A stretch of 63,102 nt of DNA, filler included, from Diploschistes diacapsis (taxonomy: Eukaryota), in assembly GCA_023645945.1 (NCBI GenBank). It is 5 parts of 5 records of this genome, joined end to end, with 100 filler letters (N's around TTAATTAATTAA, not from the genome) between each part and the next. Parts side by side here need not be neighbours in the genome. Positions count along the whole stretch, not along the records: positions 47,177 to 55,093 come from JALAIB010001223.1; positions 55,194 to 63,102 come from JALAIB010001224.1; 3 more parts are not named here. The stretch is one strand, 5' to 3'. The notes below the pieces were generated by a model, which was not told the DNA's origin, made no database searches, and saw only the letters and a list, made by a program, of their open reading frames with translations. The position numbers and the translations under genes were made by a program. Of the stretch, positions 49,618 through 60,292 are shown one piece after another. How positions within the stretch are numbered: the first letter of the stretch is position 1; each line of letters starts with the position of its first letter.

Positions 49618-50226
49618 ATGGTGAAGGTACTATGGCTCAGCCTGTGGGACGAAATCGACATGGACGAGATGGGTGTCGATCTCATGGAGGCGCTCAAGGA
49701 GAGAGCCGAAGTAATCAAGTGCACGACCCGAGAAGTTACTTTTGAGGCCCTCCAGGATAATATACGTTCCTCCCTCTTCATCTTTGAGCCATCTCTCATC
49801 AACAAGAAGGTCAATAAAAAGCTGGCCAGAGCCATTAAAGAATGGACCAAGGCAGGCGGCACGACAGTCTTTGGGGGATGCTGCGGCAGTTTCGTTAAGC
49901 CACTATCCCTGAAACAGTTCTTCAGTGAAGTCTATGGTCTGCCTTGGGAAAGTGGATCCTATCACAGAGCAGACTTCGCCGCCAATAATGCTGCGAGGCT
50001 ACGATCAAGCGTCGCCAATATTGCAACAATCAACGCCAAAGCTCTGCACCTGAGGAATATCACTACTGGAGATGCTCTGTATCTAGAAGACGGGGTGGCG
50101 CCAGAAGATGTGTCCGAAAGTCCTATCGTTTTGAGAGCATTTGGTGATGGCAAGCTTGGTTGGATAGGCGACGTGAACAACGAAACGGAACTTATACCGC
50201 TTACTCTTGCAATGTTGGGCGTGTAA
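49618..50226 (+). CDS. Conserved-looking fungal hypothetical protein
   Basis: Intact ~202-aa ORF with GGTTVFGG, GLPWESGSYHR, G.G.LGWIGDVN. Confidence 0.7.
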   Translation: MVKVLWLSLWDEIDMDEMGVDLMEALKERAEVIKCTTREVTFEALQDNIRSSLFIFEPSLINKKVNKKLARAIKEWTKAGGTTVFGGCCGSFVKPLSLKQFFSEVYGLPWESGSYHRADFAANNAARLRSSVANIATINAKALHLRNITTGDALYLEDGVAPEDVSESPIVLRAFGDGKLGWIGDVNNETELIPLTLAMLGV

Positions 50227-50945
50227 GGAATTTATCCTGCACGAAGATAACGAAACTCTACTTTGTCGGAGGTCTGATCTTGTTCGACTGTCTGTCGCAT
50301 GGTACTAGCAACCTATGGAACGACACGCTAGGCTGAAGACTTGTGTTGGAGAATCTCTGAGTGTGTGCCAAGGCAATAGGGTGCTAGAAGCGATCCAGAT
50401 TGCTGTCTGCTTATAACCTCTATCCTATCAGGAAATAAACTAGATTGAGTCCATTGCACCATAGCTCATGGAAACCCGTGACGGTTAATTTACTGGCGAG
50501 AGACAACCCTGGCTAATAGATGCTATCAGTAACAGCTACTGTCACCAACAGATCTGTCAGCTCCTGGTGCTGTCATTACATACAAATAGTATAATGGTAG
50601 AACAGGTCTTCGAGGTCACGTGGTGGCTTCTGGTCCTTGCTCGTGGGAGTAGCTAAGGCTTTGGCAGGTGGAAACTGGAGCATGTGTGCTTTCATCCCTT
50701 TTCCAAGTCTGCCTTCTTTTGAAGCCAGATTTGGCTTTCTGTGTGAAGGCAATGCCTGCTAAAGACTATAGGGACAAGTGTACATATGCAAAACATTTGC
50801 CCGCCTTCTGAGGTGTTTCTCGTTTGCAAAGTTCTGAGCTTCTATATCGCTTCGAGTTTGTAAAGCCTTAGTATGTCTAATTTACTCTCTCACAACCGAG
50901 ATCGTCATTGTCGGTCCTTTCCTTGCGTCTTTTCTCCTTATCCGC

Positions 50946-52500
50946 TATGGACGTTCCTCCTGTGCCGTTGCGGTTCACTATAAAAACTCAACTAAGTGTT
51001 TTCTCCAGACGTTCAGTAAAGTTACCGTTTGGCCCACCCAGCCTCCCGGTCATCGGTAATCTACTCCAGATTCTGAGGACACGCCCAGACCCGAAGCGGG
51101 AAGCAGCTTATGTAGGTCCACCCCTATTCTATATGACGATCACACTCACAAACCCTGTGGTGCACTTGCTGTCTTTGAAAGGATATGGCGAAATGGCGAC
51201 GTTGAAGATGGGCGAGAGGACCTGGTTGCTGCTGAACGGTGACCGCGTCGTTCATGAAATCGTCTTCAAGCGCACAAACGTAACACATGAGCGCTTAGAT
51301 CCTCCATTTGCGAGCGGGCTCATGAGTTAAGGGACGGGAACGATACTTCGTCCAACGGCAGGATGGGCCGGTGTTAGAAAACTCATGCATCATATGCTGA
51401 GCGGCATAGCGTTAAAAGAGTATGGCAGGCTGCAGGATTCAAAAAGTATTCGTCTCTTGACAAATATCTTCAATGCCCAAGCGCTTGGTACTCGCACCAC
51501 CGTGGATACCCATACTCGATAATCCATCGTATCGTTGCACGCGAATCAGTTCAGCCTACGAGGCAGCAGCGTGATGAGTTCCCGCATATGACCAAGGAAT
51601 TTATTCGCAGCATCAACGCTAGTCTACTCGACTTCTATCCATCCATGGCCAAGTTTCTCAACTTCATGCAGCCCGGCAGGTAGTCCGTGATCATCAACCA
51701 TATCGAGATCCTGGTGGACGTCGGTCAAAGAGCATTTGGCCTGAGATCAAGAACCCCAATTTTTCATAATCGATATACTCATGCACGACCCTAAATACTC
51801 CAAAGACGAGAAAGAGGCCATGTATCTTGTGACGGCCATCATTGCTGGTGGACGGGACAAGAATGACCATGACATTCCAAAGGCGAGAGAAGAACTGGAC
51901 AACGTCTGCGGGGCCGATGCTGAGCGTCTCCCTCGCCTTGATGATATACGACATCTGCCTTATATTTCCGCTACGATCAAAGAGCGTCTCCGCTGGCGCC
52001 CTGTCCTACCTTTGATACCCCAGCATCGTCTCACCGAGGATCTCGAATTCGAGGGCCGCTATTTCCCTGCCGGACCAGACTTTGTCATCAACTCGCTAGC
52101 AGTCAATGCTGAATGCGAAGAGCTCGCCATCCTCAAGCCGGAAAGATGGATGGACGAGCGAGTCTTCAACGTTGTGAGTGGGCTTTGGCAGTTCGGTGGC
52201 GGACGACGTGTTTGCGTTGGCTACGCTATGGCACATCAGGAGCTCTTCTTGGCAACTCGCGCGCTTAATGTACTGTTTTGATTGTGCAGTTGTCAGTCCA
52301 ACAGGCCCTGAAAACCTTAGACCGCGTTAATTTGTGATCTTGCTGTAGAACGAGCCTTTTGAAGTCGTTTACTAAATCATTCTGCGTCCGGTGAACCGTT
52401 TCCGGTCAAGGTTACAGTCCGGAACCAAGCTCACACGGACTTGATCAGTCGAGTAGCGCGTGGCATGGAGAGTTGGCAACAACCAATGTGTTATCTTCGC
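50946..52500 (+). pseudogene. Cytochrome P450 pseudogene
   Basis: GPPSLPVIGNL, KERLRWRP, PERW, FGGGRRVCVG; stop at 51328, frameshifts, and apparent deletion after IIAGG in the I-helix; boundaries approximate. Confidence 0.82.
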
Positions 52501-52882
52501 CATCCTTAATATTATGTAGCAGGTTTAGGGGGCGCGAATCAAGAACAGAGCTAGTTGTGCCACGGGAAGGCATGCTGGTAAGAATGATATGGAGGTAGTG
52601 TTATGGTCTTCGATAGCAAAGCTCTTGCGTACTCTGCGGGGGCTCTCGGGGTTTACTAGCCTTGTTGGGACATGGCAAGTCGGGCTGAGATCTGATGTCT
52701 TCAGCTTCACAGACCTCTTCCTCCCCCAACTCAAACCCCGTTAATCTCGATACCTCTGGGAATCTGCCATTCTGAGCCCATATTCTGATCGAACAGCAAT
52801 CTACATTAGACTCTTCAGCTCGATACCACCAGTTTATAACATGGGATGGCCATTCTCATTCTTGTGCGGGAGCAGGACCCGT

Positions 52883-53372
52883 ATGACAGACAATCGCGAG
52901 CCGGACAAGAATGGTACGTTTTTAACCACTGCACCTATGATGATACATCTTAGCATAATTGTTAATATTCTCAGGGAACATCAACTGTAAGAACTGCAGT
53001 AATTGCACGGATTGTGTAGACTGTACCAAGTATGTTCTATGCTCATAGAAGAGACCACCTCGGATCAGTGCTGATCCACAACATAGTTGCTCGAATTGTG
53101 ACAACTGTACAGATTGTTTGAAGTGAGTGGGCCACACATGCCACAAGCTTATTCTCGCAAATGCTTTTCACGCGCTGATAACTGCTTGTCCTAGTTGTTC
53201 CAATTGCGACGACTGTGACCGCTGCGTAAAGTTCGTATTACACGTGGCGAACTCTGGGGCCTTGAGTTGACTGACATTCTACTCTAGCTGCAGCAATTGC
53301 ATTGCTTGTGATGATTGCTTAAACTATTCCAACGGAGACCACGTGAAAAAGGGCAGGAACGGAAGTGGTTGA
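52883..53372 (+). CDS. Small Cys-rich (Cys-X-Asn/Asp)17 repeat protein, metallothionein-like or beta-solenoid; exons 52883-52913, 52975-53029, 53087-53122, 53195-53230, 53288-53372
   Basis: Four GT-AG introns with branch-like motifs give an uninterrupted 80-aa ORF: MTDNREPDKNGNINCKNCSNCTDCVDCTNCSNCDNCTDCLNCSNCDDCDRCVNCSNCIACDDCLNYSNGDHVKKGRNGSG. Confidence 0.88.
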
Positions 53373-53823
53373 TGAGAGTCCAGTCCTGCTCATTCCATGC
53401 AGTGACCCTTATTAAGCGAGTATCATTGGAACGATGTCGGTATAGAATGAACGTGATGTTCAAGAATGTATCCTAGATTTCAAGCAGCGCCGTAAAACAA
53501 ACCGACTGATCGTCAATAAGATCTGCGCGTTTTACCAAAGGAAAAGCTGGCGAAGCACCTGCCATGAATGAGATGTGAAGAAAAATCCTGACCCACTCGA
53601 TCTGGTAAGAAGACTGGAGTTGTACGAGGTACAGAGTCTTCATCAAGTTGAAGTGGTGGTTACGGTGGTTGAGGGACTCATGCATTTGGTAACTTCATGG
53701 GTAGATTCCTATTCTACAGCCCCCGAATATGATCTAAACCTTAGCACGTTGCATCATATTCTAAGTCCTGCCCAACAAATCATTTGTGGCGTGCTAGCAT
53801 TTTTCGACTATGCTATCTATGTA

Positions 53824-55093
53824 CAGTACTAGTCCAAAAGTAATGGTCCCTCGGTTAAATCGGTGCAAATAAACAATAAATGCCTACTATTATTTCTACA
53901 ATAATGCCACCATATCGTCGTTTGAAGCTCTAGGAACGCTCTGAGCTTATAGGCGCATATAGATCAGGTGTTATCCTAAAAAATATAATCAATAAGCTAA
54001 ATATTCCTTATTCTACAGCCAAAAAGATAATAATAAAGGTTTTAAAACGTAATGAAGATTAAGATGATTTAAAGCGTTTCGGAAGACCTCGAACAACGTT
54101 CGAAAATTAAAAAAATAAACTTTATCGAACGATTAAACGCCATTTAAAATCTAAATAATCTAAATTACTCGATATCTCGTCTATCAGCAAAAATATAATG
54201 CGCCGAAAATTCCGCGATATCGACTTCTCTTTCAAAAAATATAAAATGCGGTGGAAGCCATATTTAAAGTCTAAAGATACGGAAAAACGTCTGAAATATT
54301 CCCGAATATACCGAATTTAACGCGTCGAGGATTTTATTAATATTTAATTTATCGACGAATGCTCTATAATAATAGGAAATAATGAAATACGAAAATGAAT
54401 ATAAAGATATATAAAAAAACAATGGTTTCCCGATTATCTAGCAAACACGACTAGAAATAAAGAAAATATTATGTTTTAGGCTGGTATGAAAGCCGATAAA
54501 CGCGTTATATAATATTTTTTCGAAAATTATTATATAAATAGACGAAGTGCTACCGCCGAAGCCTATTGTGTTTTATTAAGAAATATTTTGCCCTAAATTT
54601 ACGAACCTGGGTAAGGTTTTTTGTAGGATAATACTCCTATATACACTGCAAACGCTGTTAAAACGCTTTTAGAAAATCTCGGCGTCTAGGTTCTCGATTA
54701 TTCATTATATAGTCTAGATTTGAACGTTATAGAACATCTTTGGTTTAAATTAAAAGAGGAGGTATTTCGGCTTTATCCAGAGCTTAAAACAATGCGTGGG
54801 AGTAAGGATAATAAGAAACAGGCTTTAAAAGCTGCTATTATCGAGGCATTTGGTCAAATTACGGTAGATAGGGAGTGGGATTTACCTGCTTGATTAATCT
54901 ACTCGATGCCTACGCGAATTCAGGCTGTATACGACGCGTAGGGGTGGCAAATAAAGTATTAATAGATACTACGAATAAAGGGCATCAAAATGATCTAAAA
55001 AGCGCATTTGTAGGACATTATTTGGGTGCGCATCGCATCTCCAAAGTTGGTGATGTCTACTGCAATTTAGGTAGGGACCATTACTTTTGGCAC
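53824..55093 (+). mobile_element. Tc1/mariner DNA transposon, RIP-inactivated
   Basis: TA|CAGT start; 18-bp IR 53834-53851 / 55073-55090; transposase relics FIDEC, F.*DNTPIHT, YSLDLNVIEHLW; AT-rich with many TAA/TAG stops. Confidence 0.9.
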
Positions 55094-55193
55094 NNNNNNN
55101 NNNNNNNNNNNNNNNNNNNNNNNNNNNNNNNNNNNNNTTAATTAATTAANNNNNNNNNNNNNNNNNNNNNNNNNNNNNNNNNNNNNNNNNNNN
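55094..55193. other. Assembly gap with artificial linker
   Basis: N-TTAATTAATTAA-N. Confidence 0.97.
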
Positions 55194-55465
55194 ATTTAAA
55201 AATATTTCGATAAATACACGGATACGAATATTATAATAAAAAAATTTTCGATACGGATATTAATACGAATATTATATTATAATAATAACACGGACACGGA
55301 TATTATAATTAAAAAATTTTAAATATTAATACTAATATGGATATTATATTTCCGTAAATCTACGGACACGGACACTGCAGCTAAAAAATCTAAAACACTG
55401 ATATTAAAACTATCAGTGTCCGTGTCACTGACACGGCAGTGTCAGTATCAGTGACGGCCAGCCTA
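55194..55465. mobile_element. End of an AT-rich (RIP-like) hAT-type or MITE element
   Basis: Multiple ACACGGAC/ATACGGAT subterminal repeats in both orientations; terminus ...GACGGCCAGCCTA (reverse TAGGCTGGCC). Confidence 0.55.
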
Positions 55466-57158
55466 CTTTTCTCCTGGGCATCTCGTTTTTTCTCAAACCC
55501 GTCGTGGCGTTGAATATAATAAATATGATAGTCCCGAACCTCTATCTAAATTTATAGCTGACTTTACTGTCTGGGTCCGGTTGTAGGTTTATATCCCCCT
55601 CAAATCTATCCTTTCGTGGACGCTCGCAGACCTTACTTACGAATACATCAAAATCTATTTTTATCGCATCGTCCAATCTTTTTTTGAAACTCGCGGAATC
55701 TTTTTCGGTCCCTCAATTGGGCGCGAAGAACGACGCCTTTGTCTCCAGCGTCTCAATCTTAGTATGATATAATTGTTTGGTACTTGTCCAAGGGATTGGG
55801 TAAAGGAATGTCAATCTCAAGGGATTCTGGTAGCAAGGAGGACAGCTTCTGGTTTCTAGGACCTGGTACGATTCAAACCCCCACAGGATCAATAGCCCCT
55901 GGTAAATGGATGGCGCCCTCTAGGCCTATTGATCCCGTAAGTGTGTGATTTGAGCTGGGCAATTAAACAGCAATTTTAGGGTAACTAGCAGACGCGCCAG
56001 AGTAGATGCGACGAAGTCTCTGACTATGTGCTGTCCTAAAATAAATATGTCTTTGCTCTCCAACTTGAATCTGTTTTACAATCCTTTCGTCACTTAACCC
56101 TGTTTTGCCACTCAAATTGCGGATCTGTTTCACCAAAGCGTGCTCGCCCGGTCGGCATCCAAACCCTATCAAATGCGCGTTTCTACTATGCAGGAGGAGG
56201 CCTTCCGAAGCTATAAAGACGATCGATTACCTGGGTACAGTCTTTGTGCAACTTCAATCTCTAGATTTAAGGCGGGCTCACATCTTAATGTCCCATACCT
56301 GTTCTATTCCCAGTTTTATCGCATGATGCACAGCGGCTGGTCCTGCTCTTACCTGGGACCGCTCAGTTAGACTTCCTAGGAGCAATTGGCATTACCGCCA
56401 TCACTTCAGGAAGTGTCGAAGTGAAGAGTTGCCGTTAATGATGCTCTTGTACCCGAGTCTATCGTCACGATCGCGATCTTCCAGCTCATTTGCGTTCTGT
56501 ACGAGTCGTCACTAGGGGTTTCGACCTAGTTAAAGGTAGCAAGGTCAATAAAACATTCTATGCATTCTTATTAGAGACTGTCCATAATGCGAAGCGCTTC
56601 ACTGCAACGTGCCAGACCGGGTGCTCCAGGTGTTGGGTATAGCGCTGTGTGTTTCAGCCCTGCGGCTGCTGTTTTAGTGCCACACCTTCCTTGGTATCTC
56701 CCGCCAGATCATTCCAGCGAGTCCGTTTTTTATGAATTAACTTTTATATCCATGTCATCATTACTTTAAACTTTCTGCCATCAAGTCTGACTTAACAAGT
56801 GAACTACCTACAACAACTAGCCATTGATCTCTGCTCCTAGTTGTCTGCTTTCTAACAGCACTAGCTTACTACATCAGGCTACACTCTAATAACGCAGCGC
56901 TCTGAAAAAAGGTCAGCTAAACCTCCCTATTGAGCTCGTTCGACTGCGCCATTTATCGTGTCAACCGAGTTGAGAACCCTACACCCCGATCCTGTGTGCT
57001 TCGCGTGACTATAATAATAACCAAAATTGACTTAACAGAATCGGCTGCTTTGCCGTAAGACGGTTCACGAACTTCGCACTAAATGTCTACCCTGAGAGCG
57101 TGACCAGGAGAATGCTCGTTGCGCCAGATGGGTAAGAGACCTTAGATGTCTCTATACT

Positions 57159-59008
57159 TCAGATTTCTTCAGGCTGCTTATAACTTCCAGATCTTAGGAC
57201 TCTCCTCATGGCGTCTAGTATTTGATGGCGGCGACGGCCAGCAGATTTGCCTGCCTCTTCCTTCTTCAGTTCAGCTGCCTCCTTTCCTAGTTTAGCAGCT
57301 TTGGCGTCCTTCTTTTCTTGTTTTCGGTGCGCTGCTCGTTTCAGATTTCGCTCCCATTGTGGGCGATAAGTCTGAACTGCTCCCTCGAACCAATCACAGA
57401 GCATCTTTGACGGTATCTCGAGTTGCGGGTAGTCGATAGTTTCCAACCTGCCCTCTTCTGTGCACAACTTGCGCACTACTGCTTCGCATAAAAAATCTTT
57501 TAAGGAGAGCACAAGGCTAACATCTGAGTTATGTTGCTGATTGGCACATCGAAAGATCTATTTAGAAATCATTAGAAACGGAATTCCGTAACAATTTGTA
57601 CGGCTTGGGAGAGCCACCTGATCATGGACGCTGTCTTTCCCGATGGTCCCCTCCTCCGCACGCCATACTGAGAAACTAGCGCATGTTGCGGCTGCGGCGG
57701 GAGCCAGGAACGTAAGAGGTCCCGAAAATGAAGACAAATCACTTTTGTTCTTCCTCCTTTCCTTGTCCCTAGCCCACTGCTTTTCGGCGGCCTTCTGCTC
57801 ATTGAAAATATTATGTAAGTTGAAACAAATCACAGTTCGTACTTCCCCTTCAGTACTCTCAAGATAATACTTTGCCTTCTCTTCTAGTTCTGACTTGTCC
57901 TGGGACCATGCTACCTCTATTATCAACCCGGGGTAATCACACCCCCGAAGTTGAAATGATGCGTCTGGCCCCTTTCCTCCATACTTTGGCTCAGGTGGTG
58001 AGATTTCTCCATCGCCCATCGCTTTCATGTCCCTAGCAATCTTAGCAATGATGCTTTCATTTGTAAGAGACGCGTGTTCCTCTAAGAAATTCCGGATCTT
58101 ATACTCAACGTCACTCACAAAGGCGGAATGAACCCCACTAGGCATTTGAATAGTGAACTGTTTTTGGACATATGAATACTCAAATCTGGCCAATCAGTTA
58201 TGAGACCAAGTATAATCACTGCAGTATATGCTCACCGAAGTTTATCGTTAAAAAAACCATCCAATTCTTTATCGGCCTCAATACGATCAAGGAGATCTTG
58301 ATACTCGGAAGGATTAAGCTTTCTCCTAATCAAGAGCTGTGGGCCTGAGTATGTTCCATCCCGAACCTGTTTGAGCAATCTGATAACGTTTTTTATTCGG
58401 GTATCCCGGGCCTGAGCCCGATGGCGGTGTTTGGAGGCCAGAATGGGGAATTTGAAAAGAAAGGAACGCTCGGTTGCAGGAGAGTCTGAGCTTGTCGAGG
58501 GTGATTCCTCGGGGTCGCTCTGAACTGAGCTTGTGGAGGATGATGATTCCGGCGAAACCGTATTGGAGGCAACGGATTTAGACGTGGTCGCTTCAACAAC
58601 CGAGAGTCGCGAAGGGCACTCTGTAATCTGGATGGAATGTTCTTCTGGTAGAGGCTGAGAAGGGGGGCTTTCGAATAACTCCGGTAATTTTGGCAAGTCT
58701 AAAGCTAATGTCCGGGCCTCAGGCTTCGGACTTGTGGAAGGTCTGTCTGGCGTCTGTGGTGGCGAGAGAGGGTATGTGAGGCGTGTAGAAAGCGGAGGTG
58801 TAGTAGCATCGCCGACTGAAGTATTTGAGTGAAGCTCTGAGTCGGTAAAACTGCGGTCGTTCTGACCTAGCCCAGTATAGGGTGAATCGGGCCAGGTCCG
58901 GGTAGTCGTAACCGACGGGGATGTCGTCGCCTCAGAGAAAGACAGTTGGGGTGAACATGGATTTGGGGGAAGTGGTTTCTTGGTAGAATGGCTGCTTTCC
59001 AAGGGCAT
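57159..59008 (-). CDS. Hypothetical protein with PD-(D/E)XK/restriction-endonuclease-like motif; two introns
   Basis: MPSGVH, KGPDASF...YPGLIIEVAWSQ...KAKYYL; disordered S/P/T-rich N-terminus; GT-AG introns join three ORFs. Confidence 0.72.
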
Positions 59009-59099
59009 AGTCAACTCTCTTAAATCATTCAAGAAGGACGGTTGACAACTTAAGGCGGACCATTACTACGAAGTGAACCGAGAAACAAAGGTGAGCGCT

Positions 59100-59345
59100 G
59101 ATTAGAGCGGCGCCATACCAGCATTGGGTCTTTTGACTACGCAAACGTTCCTCTCACTGAAAGATATATATTCCTACTTATGTGGCGCTGACTAGCTCGG
59201 TGTTAACCTTTGTTCTAAGGATCACTTCCTATGGTAAAAGGCCCCCTCTACTTGTGTGGCGCTGGCTAGCTGGATGATAATCTTTGTTCTAAAAGTCATT
59301 TCGTTCTAGGGGTCACTTTGCCCCTGCTTGCAGCGCTAACCCTTA
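59100..59345. repeat. Degenerate direct/inverted repeats (TGTGGCGCTGRCTAGC..., 74-bp spacing)
   Basis: Copies start at 59181 and 59255; similar to 31296-31410. Confidence 0.65.
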
Positions 59346-59934
59346 AACTCTTTGATTTCAACTTTCAAAAGCATATTTATTATATAGAGATTTGGCCTCC
59401 TGCATAGTTATTTAGGCGGGTTCTATTGCATTTGTTTAATCGAGGTGCCATGATATGTCCTCCTACTTTGCGCCACAGTATTAACTTCTGTTTCTATAAA
59501 CAAGAATAACTTCGTAGGATGTAAAGAATAAATAAAATCCACGCTACGGTATGGTGCGCTCACATAGGATGCTTGGTTAATTAAATGTCAATACCGATTG
59601 CATGTAGTCAAAGGAATCTTGTTCAGTTTCCGGCAATGCTTGTCGCGAAGCGTCTTTCTGGGGGAGAAGGGTCTCTGCCTGGCGTTCCTGCTTCACCGCT
59701 ATCTCTTCACGTTTGCGTCTTTGCCTTACTGCATCTCCTTTTTGCTTTGGTGTCTTTCTTTATTCTGGCATAAGTTCTGTCCTGGGGAGATATCATAGCG
59801 GGTTAGCGTCAGAGGCAGCAATGCCACGATTTGTTTGTTTATTTATGTATCTGCATTCTTTGATACGCTGATATAAACCTTTGGAAGTTTTGATCATGAT
59901 AACCGCTCTGGAAAAAGCCACCCGCAATCTGCTC

Positions 59935-60149
59935 GTCCTTTGTCTTATTGCCATACTGCCTTCTTTTCCCGCTTTTATACCTTTATCAGGTTGGGCATAT
60001 GTAGCTTGTCTAGCTGCATCCCTCTGCTGTTCTAAGCAATCTCCTCTTTGTCTTGTTGCCTTACTGCACTCCCTTCCCGCTCTTATGCCTTTCTCGAACT
60101 GGGCATAACTAGCTTGTTTAGCTGCATCGCTCTTCTGTCCTGAGCATCG
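59935..60149. repeat. 108-bp tandem duplication (2 copies)
   Basis: TGGGCATA..TAGCTTGT.TAGCTGCATC at 59992 and 60100. Confidence 0.85.
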
Positions 60150-60292
60150 ATAGCATAAGCCTAATTTGTGGGGTGAGTTGTCAAATAGATGAAGTTAGTT
60201 TCCTAGATCGGTGTAAAAACGACACGACTTTTGTCTACTTTCGGAATCCATGTCATAATGGAAGTTGGCTTTGGCTTATTTTTCCGTTCTAG

